A stretch of 64,000 nt of DNA from Cyclobacteriaceae bacterium (GCA_965278925.1 OZ257123.1:2880753-2944752), one strand, 5' to 3'; positions 47,401 to 57,050 are shown, counted from the stretch's first letter. Notes: generated from the letters alone by a model not told the origin. Numbers and translations: made by a program.

Positions 47401-47629
47401 TGGACTAACCCGGGCGTTTATTTATTCGGGAGCACAAAATCTTGTGGTGTCTTTATGGAAAGTACAAGATGAAAGCACCGCGCAATTAATGACTCATTTT
47501 TACTCTGCCTTAGTAAAAAATCATTCTGTTTCGCAATCCCTGCATGATGCTAAAATTGCGATGATTAAAAAAAATCCAACTCTACCACCTTATCATTGGT
47601 CGGCTTTTGTTCATGTTGGCTTAAACTAG
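44408..47629 (+). CDS. Exported TPR-CHAT domain protease (caspase/separase-like clan CD)
   Basis: Signal peptide; multiple TPRs (IHNNLGNSY..A...YQKAI); CHAT motifs IIPDGPLNYLNFELL, IIHLATHG (His), LSACETG (Cys), EGLVGLTRAFIYSGA, VVSLWKVQD, PYHWSAF. Confidence 0.92.
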   Translation: MISRLKYASFSLLFISSLGQAQIEQLERNFETENTAAAAFYLKSLTNPIEHALFEAELFFLEGNYKKSREILLLHKNQFTSNREKGKFHLLMAMLDHKQQNYPESIKGFELAEKLFEICKPKDNLLAQLNYWRGYALLEQKKLELSEQNLLSALKFYQQDSLRFFTKNAKLYFWLGTVKNEEQDFDSSIYFLKRALRTFENTPLDKTREIVKIHNNLGNSYAAIWSYNEAVNNYQKAIQLNKDKIGDPIELANACSNLGLFYNTFENHLQSEYWFNQAFLWMQKSNIDPIRRTMILQNYGACLANRYEFQEALSTYFQALQIVTQYKEDRGDIYTQLLLNIATAYSNLDLASKAEPYKAMANEFFIKNKGKWPNEYNAWRLWEAISLRQNGNLETSLKILQELEIYYSKINTDKFFEVEKQKAICFNNLKQYAESRKYYDQLLIHFKKLFPDSHPQIIYLLNDLGSLFVKEKQYDSAGYYFRLAKQNNQLASTEIKSNQLYASKIEWIVSNYYLHMIDQKKFTTGQLSVEELQQSEGLIYSTLSVIESKRIEFRNDQDITNLYRMTRDFFDEAMKYYFTLYNHTGDKQYIDKAFFISEKSKYQTLQNAIKLDRVNAFAGVTSKIMAEEQKLVKQVAQLEYQYSQELAKQEEPLPELVQEYITQWRTNSNRHNELVDSIKNNLPDYYNLKFNRSTTEIHQIQNSFLSNNQDMAWVSYYVGESESYAIAITHNDKYFIKLDGAEKITRQLKSFNNYVSHQMNRELQQASFELYKGLFQAVDSCFRLHSKKIKKVVIIPDGPLNYLNFELLGKPVNKSWHYALYDYQFSYGYSSTLLWTEFSDQQKWNVNTTSMVGFAPEFVRGSGPLMNESTREGSEKPGYDSFDFSPLQKNQDEVVQVAEILKQKKIKTAVFLGPQADEASFKKANLGSYNIIHLATHGFVSNQSQNVAGIAFAKNQNSSDDGILYMDEIFSLKNKANLVCLSACETGSGIFQEGEGLVGLTRAFIYSGAQNLVVSLWKVQDESTAQLMTHFYSALVKNHSVSQSLHDAKIAMIKKNPTLPPYHWSAFVHVGLN

Positions 47630-47638
47630 TCTTATAAA

Positions 47639-48040
47639 TTACAACTTCACATCATCGGCAATATCACTAAGTTGAATTGAAAGTGCACGGGTTGAGATTT
47701 GTATTTCGCGCAACGACATCCCCAAAGAAATCAACAAAAAAATCAGTGCCGCCCCAAAAATATATTTTGCCACTTGTTCTTCGCCATAAAAAAGAGAAAA
47801 CATGCACAGCACACTAAGAAAAAGTGAGAAGATACTTAGCATTTGCATATTGCGGATAAGTATTACACGTAGTTTCAAATTGCGAATCTGATCAGCAAGT
47901 CTTTTGTCGGCTTTGGTGGTATAGTCATTGGCCAGTTTGCGGATGAGGGCGGCAATGGCAAGAAAGCGATTGGTATACGCCAACAGAATCAACGAAACAG
48001 TTGGAAACAGCAGAGCGGGTGTAGTAAGAGTGAGTTCCAT
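47639..48040 (-). CDS. DUF2721 family membrane protein
   Basis: LTTPALLFPTVSLILLAYTNRFLA..LIR, EIQISTRAL; TATCTTTG -7 box on the minus strand at 48061-48068. Confidence 0.8.
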   Translation of the reverse strand: MELTLTTPALLFPTVSLILLAYTNRFLAIAALIRKLANDYTTKADKRLADQIRNLKLRVILIRNMQMLSIFSLFLSVLCMFSLFYGEEQVAKYIFGAALIFLLISLGMSLREIQISTRALSIQLSDIADDVKL

Positions 48041-48138
48041 AAAGTAGCAATTTAGCGCACCAAAGATAGTCTGTTGCCATTGATAAAAATTATTAATCTG
48101 AATCTCAAACGGTATGTATCTTCACAAAAAAAACTAAT

Positions 48139-50955
48139 ATGAAATCATTTCTGGTGTTTCCGTTTCTTCTGATATGTTGCCTCTGCTATAGCCAGAAAAA
48201 AGCAGCGCCCGTTGCCCCTGCAAAAAAACCACTTAGTCACACCATGTACGATAGCTGGAAAGAAATCCCCTACAAAGGCTTAACTCCGGATGGAAATTTT
48301 GCTGCCTTTACGGTAAACCCGCAGGATGGGGATGGCAAAGTGATTTTCTACAACATTAAAACAGCCGTATACGATTCCGTAAAACGAGCTGCAGAAATAG
48401 CACTTACTTTCGACAGTCGTTATGCTGTTTTTAAAATCAAACCTCAGCAAAAATTGATGAAAGACCTGCGCAGGCAGAAAAAGAAAAAAGAAGATCTGCC
48501 AAAAGATACGCTGGGTATCTTTTCATTCCTCGCGCGCAAAACCGAAAAGATTGCCGATGTAAAGTCATACAAGATTCCTGAAAAGGCAGGCGGCATTGTT
48601 GTGTATCAGCTTGAGGCAAAAAAAGAATCTAAACCTGCGCCAAAAACGGATGATAAAAAACCTGCTCCGGTTAAAAAGAAAAAAACAAACAGTGACGACA
48701 ATGGCTACACCCTTGTAGTAAAAAAACTTGCGGATGGAAAAGAAGCCTCTTTTGGTTATGTGAAAGATTATACGGTTGCCAAACACGGACAGGGTTTATT
48801 ATTCTCATCCAGTGGCAACGACTCAACCCTGAAAGCGGGCATCTATTGGTACGATCTGCAAAAAGAGGAATTAAAATCTCTGCATCAGGGAAAATCAAAA
48901 TTCAAATACAAGGGACTATCCATCAGTGAAGACGGCACGCAAGCAGCCTTTTTGGTAGATGTTGATACAACCAAAGCCTTGGTGCGACATTTTAATCTTT
49001 ACCATTGGAAAAAAGAAAATGCAGCTGCGCAGCTACTTGATGTTGAAACGTCACTCGGCATTCCACAAAACTGGATTGTGAGCGAACATTATTCGCCCAC
49101 GTTTTCAAAAGATGGTGCAAAGCTATTTTTTGGTTCGGCCCCTAAGCCCATTGTTCAGGATACTACCCTGCTTGCAGAGGAAATTGTAAGTGTAGAAATC
49201 TGGCATGGCGAAGATGAGTATATCTATCCACAACAAAACAAACAATTGGATGCTGACCGAAAACGCTCTTACCTGGTAAGTCTTGATCTCAACACAAAAA
49301 CTGTGCTGCAAGTAGGCGATGCCTCTATTCCGTCTGTTGAGTTGGGTAATGAAGGGAATGCCGCAGTGTTTTTAGGTGAGAGTAATGTTCCTTATCGAAA
49401 ACAGATAACGTGGGAAGGTGGTGGCACCAATGATTTTTATGTGTTTGATGTAACTGCTCGCTCGAAGAAACAAATTGCCACTGGGGTAAAAGGAAATGCC
49501 AGTCTCTCGCCCAAAGCAAAATATGTGTATTGGTTCAGCCTGGCCGATACAGCCTGGTTTTCATATTCTATCGCTACGGACAAAACTCAAAAAATTAGTC
49601 AGGGTGCAAAAGTAAAATTTGCTGATGAAGAAGATGATCATCCCGATTATCCGAGTCCGTATGGTGCAGCTGGCTGGACAACCGATGACCAGCAGTTTAT
49701 TGTGTACGATCGCCATGATCTCTGGGCTCTTGATCCTGCAAACAACAGACCACCTGTAAATCTCACGAAGGTTGGCCGGCAGGAAAAAATTGTATTCCGT
49801 TATGTAAAGCTAGATACCGAAGAACGTTTCATTGATCCTTCAAAAGAAATGTTGCTTTCTGCATTTAACGAAACCACGAAAGCTTCCGGCTACTATAAAC
49901 TTTCGTTGAAAGATGGCAAACTCACCAAACTGCTGATGGACAACTATCGCTTTGGCGGAACAGTGAAAGCCAAACAAACTAATCAGATTTTATTTACGCG
50001 CGAAAATTTTCGCGAGTTTCCGGATGTCTGGACGGCCGATTTGAATTTATCAACACCAAAAAAAATCAGCGATGCCAATCCGCAGATGAAAAATTACTCT
50101 TGGGGCAATGTGGAATTAGTTACCTGGACATCACTCGATAATATTCCACTTACCGGATTACTATACAAACCCGAAAACTTCGATCCGAAAAAGAAGTACC
50201 CGATGATTGTGTATTTCTATGAACGTGAAAGCGATAACCTTCATGGGCATATAACTCCCAACCCACTTCGCTCGGCTATTAACAGAACAACGTATGTCAG
50301 TGATGGGTACATCGTATTTGTTCCAGACATCATTTATAAAATCGGGTTCCCTGGTGAAAGTGCTCACAACTGCATTATGCCTGGCATCACTCAGCTAATC
50401 TCAAAAGGATTTGTTGATGAAAAAAATATCGGCATACAAGGACACAGTTGGGGTGGTTATCAAACTGCTTATTTAATCACACGTACCGATATGTTTAAAG
50501 CTGCCGAGGCTGGTGCGCCCGTAGCTAACATGATAAGCGCCTATGGTGGCATCCGATGGGAAAGTGGGCTAAGTCGCATGTTTCAATACGAAAAATCGCA
50601 AACCCGTTTGGGTGGAAGCCTATGGGACAAACCGATGCTTTACATTGAGAACTCGCCCATCTTCTTTGCTGATAAAATAAAAACGCCTCTCTTACTTTTG
50701 CACAATGATGCCGATGGTGCAGTGCCTTGGTATCAGGGTATTGAAATGTACATGGCCATGCGAAGGTTAGATAAACCCGTGTGGATGTTGAATTATAATG
50801 GTGAACCGCATTGGCCCGTGAAGCGCGAAAACCGTATGGACTTTCAAATTCGCATGAAGCAATTCTTTGATCATTATCTGAAAGGCACAACATTACCTCC
50901 GTGGATGAAAGAGGGCGTGCCAGCGATTGAGAAAGGGATTACAAAGGGATATTAA
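48139..50955 (+). CDS. S9 family (prolyl oligopeptidase/acylaminoacyl-type) peptidase
   Basis: Signal peptide; GIQGHSWGGY nucleophile elbow, HNDADGAVP (Asp), GEPH (His). Confidence 0.92.
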   Translation: MKSFLVFPFLLICCLCYSQKKAAPVAPAKKPLSHTMYDSWKEIPYKGLTPDGNFAAFTVNPQDGDGKVIFYNIKTAVYDSVKRAAEIALTFDSRYAVFKIKPQQKLMKDLRRQKKKKEDLPKDTLGIFSFLARKTEKIADVKSYKIPEKAGGIVVYQLEAKKESKPAPKTDDKKPAPVKKKKTNSDDNGYTLVVKKLADGKEASFGYVKDYTVAKHGQGLLFSSSGNDSTLKAGIYWYDLQKEELKSLHQGKSKFKYKGLSISEDGTQAAFLVDVDTTKALVRHFNLYHWKKENAAAQLLDVETSLGIPQNWIVSEHYSPTFSKDGAKLFFGSAPKPIVQDTTLLAEEIVSVEIWHGEDEYIYPQQNKQLDADRKRSYLVSLDLNTKTVLQVGDASIPSVELGNEGNAAVFLGESNVPYRKQITWEGGGTNDFYVFDVTARSKKQIATGVKGNASLSPKAKYVYWFSLADTAWFSYSIATDKTQKISQGAKVKFADEEDDHPDYPSPYGAAGWTTDDQQFIVYDRHDLWALDPANNRPPVNLTKVGRQEKIVFRYVKLDTEERFIDPSKEMLLSAFNETTKASGYYKLSLKDGKLTKLLMDNYRFGGTVKAKQTNQILFTRENFREFPDVWTADLNLSTPKKISDANPQMKNYSWGNVELVTWTSLDNIPLTGLLYKPENFDPKKKYPMIVYFYERESDNLHGHITPNPLRSAINRTTYVSDGYIVFVPDIIYKIGFPGESAHNCIMPGITQLISKGFVDEKNIGIQGHSWGGYQTAYLITRTDMFKAAEAGAPVANMISAYGGIRWESGLSRMFQYEKSQTRLGGSLWDKPMLYIENSPIFFADKIKTPLLLLHNDADGAVPWYQGIEMYMAMRRLDKPVWMLNYNGEPHWPVKRENRMDFQIRMKQFFDHYLKGTTLPPWMKEGVPAIEKGITKGY

Positions 50956-50959
50956 AAAT

Positions 50960-51002
50960 TTAGCCACAGATTCATAAACTAAATCAGTGAATCTGTGGCT
51001 AA
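50960..51002. repeat. REP-like palindrome copy 1 / bidirectional terminator
   Basis: TTAGCCACAGATTCA / TGAATCTGTGGCTAA, perfect 15-bp inverted repeat with 13-nt loop. Confidence 0.8.
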
Positions 51003-51019
51003 TATCATTTCGTTATCTA

Positions 51020-53374
51020 TTATTCTGTCTTTAGCGCATCAACCGGATTTCGTTGCGCAGCATGAATAGATTGATACGCTACGGTTACCAGAGCAAGTAC
51101 AAGTAAGACTAATCCTGTAATAATGAATGCACTGAATGTAATTTGTGTATGATATTGGTACATCGTTAAGAAATCAGTCATGATAAAATAGGCCACAGGC
51201 AGGGCAAGTATCAGGGCGATAATAATGGGTCGTGAGAAATCTTTGCACAACATGACAACAACTTCTGTTATCGTTGCGCCCAATACTTTTCGAACACCAA
51301 TCTCTTTTGTGCGCCTTTGTGTGTTGAACAATGTTAATCCGAACAATCCAAGACAAGCGACCACTATAGCAATTATGGTGAAGAAGACAGAAAGCGATCC
51401 GATCCGAAGGTCCTCCGAAAACTGATACTCGAAATCCTGATCTACAAACCGAAATTCATACGGCATGCCAGGTGTAAGTTTTTGAGTAACGCTTTTAAGG
51501 TAATCCATCACCTCGGCCTGAGTGCCTGGCTTATATCGAATAAAAATTCTTTTCCATCGGCCAAACGTTTCCTCATTTCCGAGATAAAACACTACTGGTG
51601 CGATAGCGGTATGAATGTCAGCATTGTGAAAATCTTTGACCACGCCAATTATCTTAGCCTCAAAACCAAAATCGATAACCTGACCGATAGGATCCTCAAA
51701 GCCCATTAATTCTGCTGCCGTTTCGGTAATAATCACAGATGTGGAATCAGTTAGCATAGCCGCAGAAAAATTCCTTCCTTTTATTAATTCAAAGCCTAGC
51801 GTTGGCAAGTAATCATAATCACAAGGGTTATTGTTTATCAGCATGGTTTGCGTGCTACCGTTGACTTTCCAATACACTTCACCAACTCCATTTATTTCCA
51901 TGGGGCTGGCAGCCGCCTGGCTCACATGTTCAATGTTAGGATTTCGCAAAGCCTCGGCTTTAAAAACTTCTGCAGGTAGTGCAGTCTCACGACCCGGCTC
52001 AAAGTACATTACATTGTCTTTATCAAAACCCAGATTTTTATTTTTCAAAAATTCTACCTGTTGCTGAATAATAATCGCACTAAAAATCAGGATAACGGAT
52101 AGGCTAAATTGAAAAACTACCAGACCCCTTCGCAGACCCGCACCCGTAAATACTGAATTGAGGTTGCCTTTTAGTATTGTAGCTGGCTTAAGTGAAGAAA
52201 GCAAAAATGCCGGATACCCACCAGCCAGCATTCCAGTAAAGAGCAGGATTGCTAACGTACCCAAAATAGTTTTAGGATCGGTTACTGATAGGGTAAGTTC
52301 TTTACCTGTTATTGCATTAAATAATGGCATCGATAAGTAGACCAACAATAAGGAGAAAATCACGGCTATACTAGTGATGAGTAAACTCTCTGTCATAAAC
52401 TGACGGATAAGTACTGGTCGTGTCGCTCCAGACATTTTTCTTACCCCAATTTCGCGAGCACGAATGCCTGCGCGTGCCGTAGCTAGGTTAATGAAGTTTA
52501 TGCAAGCCATCACCAGAATAAAAAAACCAGTCAGGCTAAAAGCGATCACATAAACAATCCCGCCACCAGGTTGTCGATTCACAATTTCATTATAATAGAG
52601 ATGCCAATCTGTAAAACCGAACAAAAACAGAGTGGTTTCTTTAGTGCCACGCATCACATCTATTTTATCCTTTATCTTCTCCTCTACCACTTGCTTTGCA
52701 GAAGGACTATTCAGCTCTACGTACGTGTAAACGTTACTGTCATCCCAGGTCGATAATTCCTGTTGTGCATGATATTCAAATGGCAAAACATACTCACTAG
52801 ACAGGCTTGAGTTAGTTAGATGATCCGCAAAGACACCTGTTACCCGAAATTCCATTTGGTTATTAACCAATACAGTCTTACCTAAAATAGCCGTGTCGTC
52901 AAATAGTGTCTTTGCCAATTTTTCGGAGATAACGATAGAATTGTTATCGGGAAGTGGATTCGTTCTGTTCCCAAGTAGAACAGGGATATTGAACACTTCA
53001 AAATAGGAGGACTCGGCAAAAACTCCATCTGCATTGATTGCCTTATCACCATTAGCAACTAAAACTCGCTGACCAAACCCTACCCGGCAAACTGATTCTA
53101 TCTCCGGGATTTCACTTTTCAAATAATCAGCAAGCGGAGCGGGTGTTGTCTCTCCTGTAACTAATTGACCATCTGCCAATTTTTTCTCTCGAAGCACCAT
53201 GAAAACACGCTCGTTGTCCGGATGTTGTCTGTCGTAGTTTAACTCATCAACCACCCACATAAACAGTAGCATAGTAGCCGTGATACCAATAATGAGCCCC
53301 CCAAGACTTAGTGAAGAATAAACCTGATTGCGTGTAAAATGTCGTAGAACTGTTGTGAGGGTGGAACGAAACAT
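51020..53374 (-). CDS. MacB/FtsX-type ABC permease without prefix
   Basis: ACINFINLATARAGIRAREIGVRKMSGA; TQRRTKEIGVRKVLGA; ATG 53374 (alternative TTG 53380). Confidence 0.92.
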   Translation of the reverse strand: MFRSTLTTVLRHFTRNQVYSSLSLGGLIIGITATMLLFMWVVDELNYDRQHPDNERVFMVLREKKLADGQLVTGETTPAPLADYLKSEIPEIESVCRVGFGQRVLVANGDKAINADGVFAESSYFEVFNIPVLLGNRTNPLPDNNSIVISEKLAKTLFDDTAILGKTVLVNNQMEFRVTGVFADHLTNSSLSSEYVLPFEYHAQQELSTWDDSNVYTYVELNSPSAKQVVEEKIKDKIDVMRGTKETTLFLFGFTDWHLYYNEIVNRQPGGGIVYVIAFSLTGFFILVMACINFINLATARAGIRAREIGVRKMSGATRPVLIRQFMTESLLITSIAVIFSLLLVYLSMPLFNAITGKELTLSVTDPKTILGTLAILLFTGMLAGGYPAFLLSSLKPATILKGNLNSVFTGAGLRRGLVVFQFSLSVILIFSAIIIQQQVEFLKNKNLGFDKDNVMYFEPGRETALPAEVFKAEALRNPNIEHVSQAAASPMEINGVGEVYWKVNGSTQTMLINNNPCDYDYLPTLGFELIKGRNFSAAMLTDSTSVIITETAAELMGFEDPIGQVIDFGFEAKIIGVVKDFHNADIHTAIAPVVFYLGNEETFGRWKRIFIRYKPGTQAEVMDYLKSVTQKLTPGMPYEFRFVDQDFEYQFSEDLRIGSLSVFFTIIAIVVACLGLFGLTLFNTQRRTKEIGVRKVLGATITEVVVMLCKDFSRPIIIALILALPVAYFIMTDFLTMYQYHTQITFSAFIITGLVLLVLALVTVAYQSIHAAQRNPVDALKTE

Positions 53375-53505
53375 AAGCAAAAATTTAAAGCTGTAAAAGA
53401 TACTGGTTATACCTCAATACTGAAAGTTATCTTTGATTCTAGTTCAGCAGCTAACCCTACTCGCACCAACTATTTTTTCAACTCCTGACTAGTTGAAAAT
53501 TTAAG

Positions 53506-53543
53506 GCCACAGATTCATTGATTAAATTCTGTGTATCTGTGGC
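53506..53543. repeat. REP-like palindrome copy 2
   Basis: GCCACAGATTCA...TGTATCTGTGGC has the same core as 50960-51002; a second hairpin TTTTCAACT/AGTTGAAAA lies adjacent (53475-53499). Confidence 0.75.
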
Positions 53544-53563
53544 TTTGGCTGAGCTACCTTAAG

Positions 53564-54913
53564 CTATCTAAAAATCTGCATGAACCCAAATACACCCACC
53601 CAGGCAATCGACAGCAGGCTCACCCAAAAGAGAATGTTGTAAAAGGTGCCGGTTGCTATTTCCTGTTTTCGTTTATACTTAAAAATCCAGGCAGCATAAA
53701 TCACCACTAAAAGCATAACCGAACCAACGATGCCGCCCGACAGAACCATCAGCACTGGCAGTTGGATGTAGAGAAACAAGCTTGCCCAAATAAATGGAAA
53801 AATTATTCCTAAAAAGAAAATCAGCTTTTTCCTTTTTGTCTGATCAGAGAAATCAAACCATCCAATTTGGCCAGAAAGATCAGTGAATACGCGTGTCCAA
53901 TACGCAAGCGTTGCATACACACTTGAAAACAAAACAAAAAATGCTCCTACGAGATAAATTGTCTTTACTCCATTACCGAGCGACTGCGTGTAAATGAGTG
54001 CAAGTGTTTCAATAACTTGATTGCCTTGAGGAATTGCTCCGTTACCATGCAAAATGGCGGCACCCAACAAATAAAACGCTACGGTTACGAGCGTATAAAT
54101 AATCATGGCCACCACTGCATCTATGTACATCACTTGAATCCAACCCTGGGCTCTTTTCTTCCACGCAGGTGTATTGGTTGGCAAACCTGCATAACTGGCA
54201 TATCCCTTTTCTATACACCAATAGTTATATGCAATAATTTCATCGCTGGCAACTCCGGTAATCCCAAAAGCAGCAAGGGCAATGGCAATTTCTTCAGTTG
54301 TAAGTTTAAACCGTTGCCCATTTACCAGATCTGAAAAAGAAAATGCAAACGCAGTAAATTGAATGGAAAATAAAGAAGCCAACGTAAGCACTGTAAAAAG
54401 TAAAATCATAAATAACGATACTTTCTCGATCATGGCATAGCGCCCATTATAAATTAGTGCTGCCGCCAACGCTGCAATAAGGTACACCCAAACCATTATA
54501 CTTATGGAAGGAAAAAGTAAATGCATCACCACAGAAGCACTGCCGATAATTCCGCCAATCTGAACAACCTTAAGGAGCTGGAGAATCAACAACATCCACA
54601 CGGCCCAGTTAGCCTTTCCTAGGCGAAGACCTGATAGTTTATTAAAAGATTGACCAGAGGTTTCTCCGGTAAGAATTGCGTGCCTGCCAAACTCAAGTTG
54701 CACGGCTACTTTGGCAAGGCAACTAACTATGATGATCCATAATGCAGCAAACCCTGCGCTGGCGCCCAATACGGTTGTTGCAATTAACTCACCTGATCCA
54801 ACAATTGAAGCTGAGAGTATAAAACCCGGACCTAAAAATTTAAGGCTCGCCAAAATGGAATTTGGCGGTTCCTTTATGTTTTGGTGGCTTACAGTGTAGG
54901 GATCCGAGTTCAA
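53564..54913 (-). CDS. Nramp-like (APC superfamily) transporter
   Basis: GPGFILSASIVGSGELIATT, AAFGITGVASDE; about 11 TM segments; TTG start. Confidence 0.8.
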   Translation of the reverse strand: MNSDPYTVSHQNIKEPPNSILASLKFLGPGFILSASIVGSGELIATTVLGASAGFAALWIIIVSCLAKVAVQLEFGRHAILTGETSGQSFNKLSGLRLGKANWAVWMLLILQLLKVVQIGGIIGSASVVMHLLFPSISIMVWVYLIAALAAALIYNGRYAMIEKVSLFMILLFTVLTLASLFSIQFTAFAFSFSDLVNGQRFKLTTEEIAIALAAFGITGVASDEIIAYNYWCIEKGYASYAGLPTNTPAWKKRAQGWIQVMYIDAVVAMIIYTLVTVAFYLLGAAILHGNGAIPQGNQVIETLALIYTQSLGNGVKTIYLVGAFFVLFSSVYATLAYWTRVFTDLSGQIGWFDFSDQTKRKKLIFFLGIIFPFIWASLFLYIQLPVLMVLSGGIVGSVMLLVVIYAAWIFKYKRKQEIATGTFYNILFWVSLLSIAWVGVFGFMQIFR

Positions 54914-55007
54914 GTTTTATAATGTTGATTCCGGCTGAAATAGATTATATGTCCGTTAGCCTTAAACCACACAACTAACAGATTCAACAATGATAGGCAA
55001 GCACTAA

Positions 55008-57011
55008 TCAGTCATTATCTTTCTTCAACTCATTGCGGAAATATCGTTCGTCATCGTCTTCACCCTCTTTCTTGATCAGGGCTCCTATTTCCAGAATCTT
55101 AAATTCAGTTCTGCGATTTCGTTGGCGGCCCATTGGATTATCGGTGCCATCGGGGTTGGTGTTGCGGGCAATTGGTTTCGATTCACCATACCCTTTCGCT
55201 ACGAGGCGAGCCGGATCAATTCCTTTTCGAATAAGATAACTTACCGTTGATTCGGCTCTACGTTGCGAAAGTTGGATGTTGTATGCCTCCGAAGCCACGC
55301 TATCTGTGTGCGAACCCATTTCAATCTTCAAATCAGAATTGTCATTCAGTAAAGCAACAAGCTTGTCAAGTTCTCGTGCTGCTTCTCTCCGAATGTCAGC
55401 TGAGTCATATCCAAAATATATATTTTCCAAAACAAAAATTTTGTTACGCTCTTTACGATCCAATACTAAAAGAGTGTCAAGGGTTATGTTGGTGATAAGT
55501 TCTTTCAACGATTCCAATGGCACTGATTTTCCAATGGTGGTATACTCTTGCCGTTTGGTTATAAACCCGTCTGTTTCACCCAGCAAGGTGTAATTTTCGT
55601 TTTCATACACTCTAAATAAAAACTTACCATCATTACCAGTTACAAAATCTTGCATTACTTCTCCCTCCGGATCAAGGAGAGATACTTTTGTGTTGGGTAA
55701 AATTTCACGGGTGCTGTCTTTACGTGTCATGTACGTAATACCTTGCAAATAATAATTAACCACGCGCAGGTTGGGGTCTTCATTTACGAATGTGTAGATA
55801 TCATCATCGCCCTTGCCCCCTTCACGATTAGAAGTAAAAAAACCGCGATCGGCTTTAAATAGAAACATTCCAAAATCATCGGCTGGAGAGTTTACGGGTT
55901 GTCCTAAATTCTCAACAACTGTTTTTCCATTGGCCCGGTTTACCACAAACAGATCCAGCATGCCATAGCCTGGGTGCGCGTCCGAAGAAAAATACAATTT
56001 CCCATTCTCTGAAACGTAAGGGAACAATTCGGCTCCTGCCGAATTAATCTCCGGCCCCATGTTTTTCACTTTTCCAAAACGACCGCGGCCATCCATCTGA
56101 GCAGAGTAAATATCCAGCCCACCAAAACCTCCTTTGCGATTCGAAGAAAAATAAAGCGTTCTTCCGTCCGGGCTCATGGCCGGGGTTGACTCCCACGCAT
56201 CGGGTTGATTAATATTTATGGGTGTCGGCTCGGCCCACTCACCATTTCGAAAGCGGGATAAATATAAATCCACATCAATAGCTCCTTTGCGTTTACCACT
56301 ATTTCCTTTGGCAAAGATCATGGTCTTTCCATCGGGCGTAAACGTTATGCATCCTTCATTGATGTTTGATTCGTTGATAAAACTTGGCAGCGGAGTTATT
56401 GTGCTGGCATTAACATTCGCACCGTTCGTCTCTGCTTTATACAGATCGGTGAAGGGCGTTCCGGTCGCTTCGTAAATTCTTACATTGCTTCGTGACGATG
56501 TAAAGTACAATTCGTTGTTTGAATAAACAGGGGCATACTCGGTGAAGGGTGTGTTGATTGCTTCCAGATTTTTTATTTTGTAATAACTTTTCTTTTGCGA
56601 CAGTTTGTCGAGATAGTTAATACCGTCCAAGCCTTTGCGGGCACGGTCTTTCATCTTTTCGTCTTTTGTATCGCTTTCCAATTCTTCAAGTATGGTGCGA
56701 GCCTCTTCATATTTAGAGTTGGCCTGAAGCGCTTTCGAATAGTATAATTTCACGGAATCAGGATTCACGCCTTTGCCTCCGGCTTTGGCATAGAAAGGTT
56801 CTGCTTCTTTAATACGATTAGACAACCTGTAAGACTCGGCTATAAAATAGTTGGCTTTTCCGTTGTTTGGATCTTTGCGCGTAACTCCTTTATAATAATC
56901 AATTACACTTTCGTACTTCCCATACCGAAAAGACTTCATTGCCTTTTTTTCTGCACTGCATGCAGCCAGTAATATCAAACCAATTAAAACAATCGTAACT
57001 CTCACACGCAT
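55008..57011 (-). CDS. OmpA-family lipoprotein with TPR and PD40 repeats (PorE-like architecture)
   Basis: Lipobox LLAAC; TPR; PD40 repeats (TPAMSPDGRTLYFSSNRKGGFGGLDIY); OmpA_C NIYF..D.A.I, SHTDS, LSQRRAES, NRRTEF. Confidence 0.9.
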   Translation of the reverse strand: MRVRVTIVLIGLILLAACSAEKKAMKSFRYGKYESVIDYYKGVTRKDPNNGKANYFIAESYRLSNRIKEAEPFYAKAGGKGVNPDSVKLYYSKALQANSKYEEARTILEELESDTKDEKMKDRARKGLDGINYLDKLSQKKSYYKIKNLEAINTPFTEYAPVYSNNELYFTSSRSNVRIYEATGTPFTDLYKAETNGANVNASTITPLPSFINESNINEGCITFTPDGKTMIFAKGNSGKRKGAIDVDLYLSRFRNGEWAEPTPININQPDAWESTPAMSPDGRTLYFSSNRKGGFGGLDIYSAQMDGRGRFGKVKNMGPEINSAGAELFPYVSENGKLYFSSDAHPGYGMLDLFVVNRANGKTVVENLGQPVNSPADDFGMFLFKADRGFFTSNREGGKGDDDIYTFVNEDPNLRVVNYYLQGITYMTRKDSTREILPNTKVSLLDPEGEVMQDFVTGNDGKFLFRVYENENYTLLGETDGFITKRQEYTTIGKSVPLESLKELITNITLDTLLVLDRKERNKIFVLENIYFGYDSADIRREAARELDKLVALLNDNSDLKIEMGSHTDSVASEAYNIQLSQRRAESTVSYLIRKGIDPARLVAKGYGESKPIARNTNPDGTDNPMGRQRNRRTEFKILEIGALIKKEGEDDDERYFRNELKKDND

Positions 57012-57050
57012 GGTATCTTACAAGCCTCTAAAATTACAAAAAATTAAATG

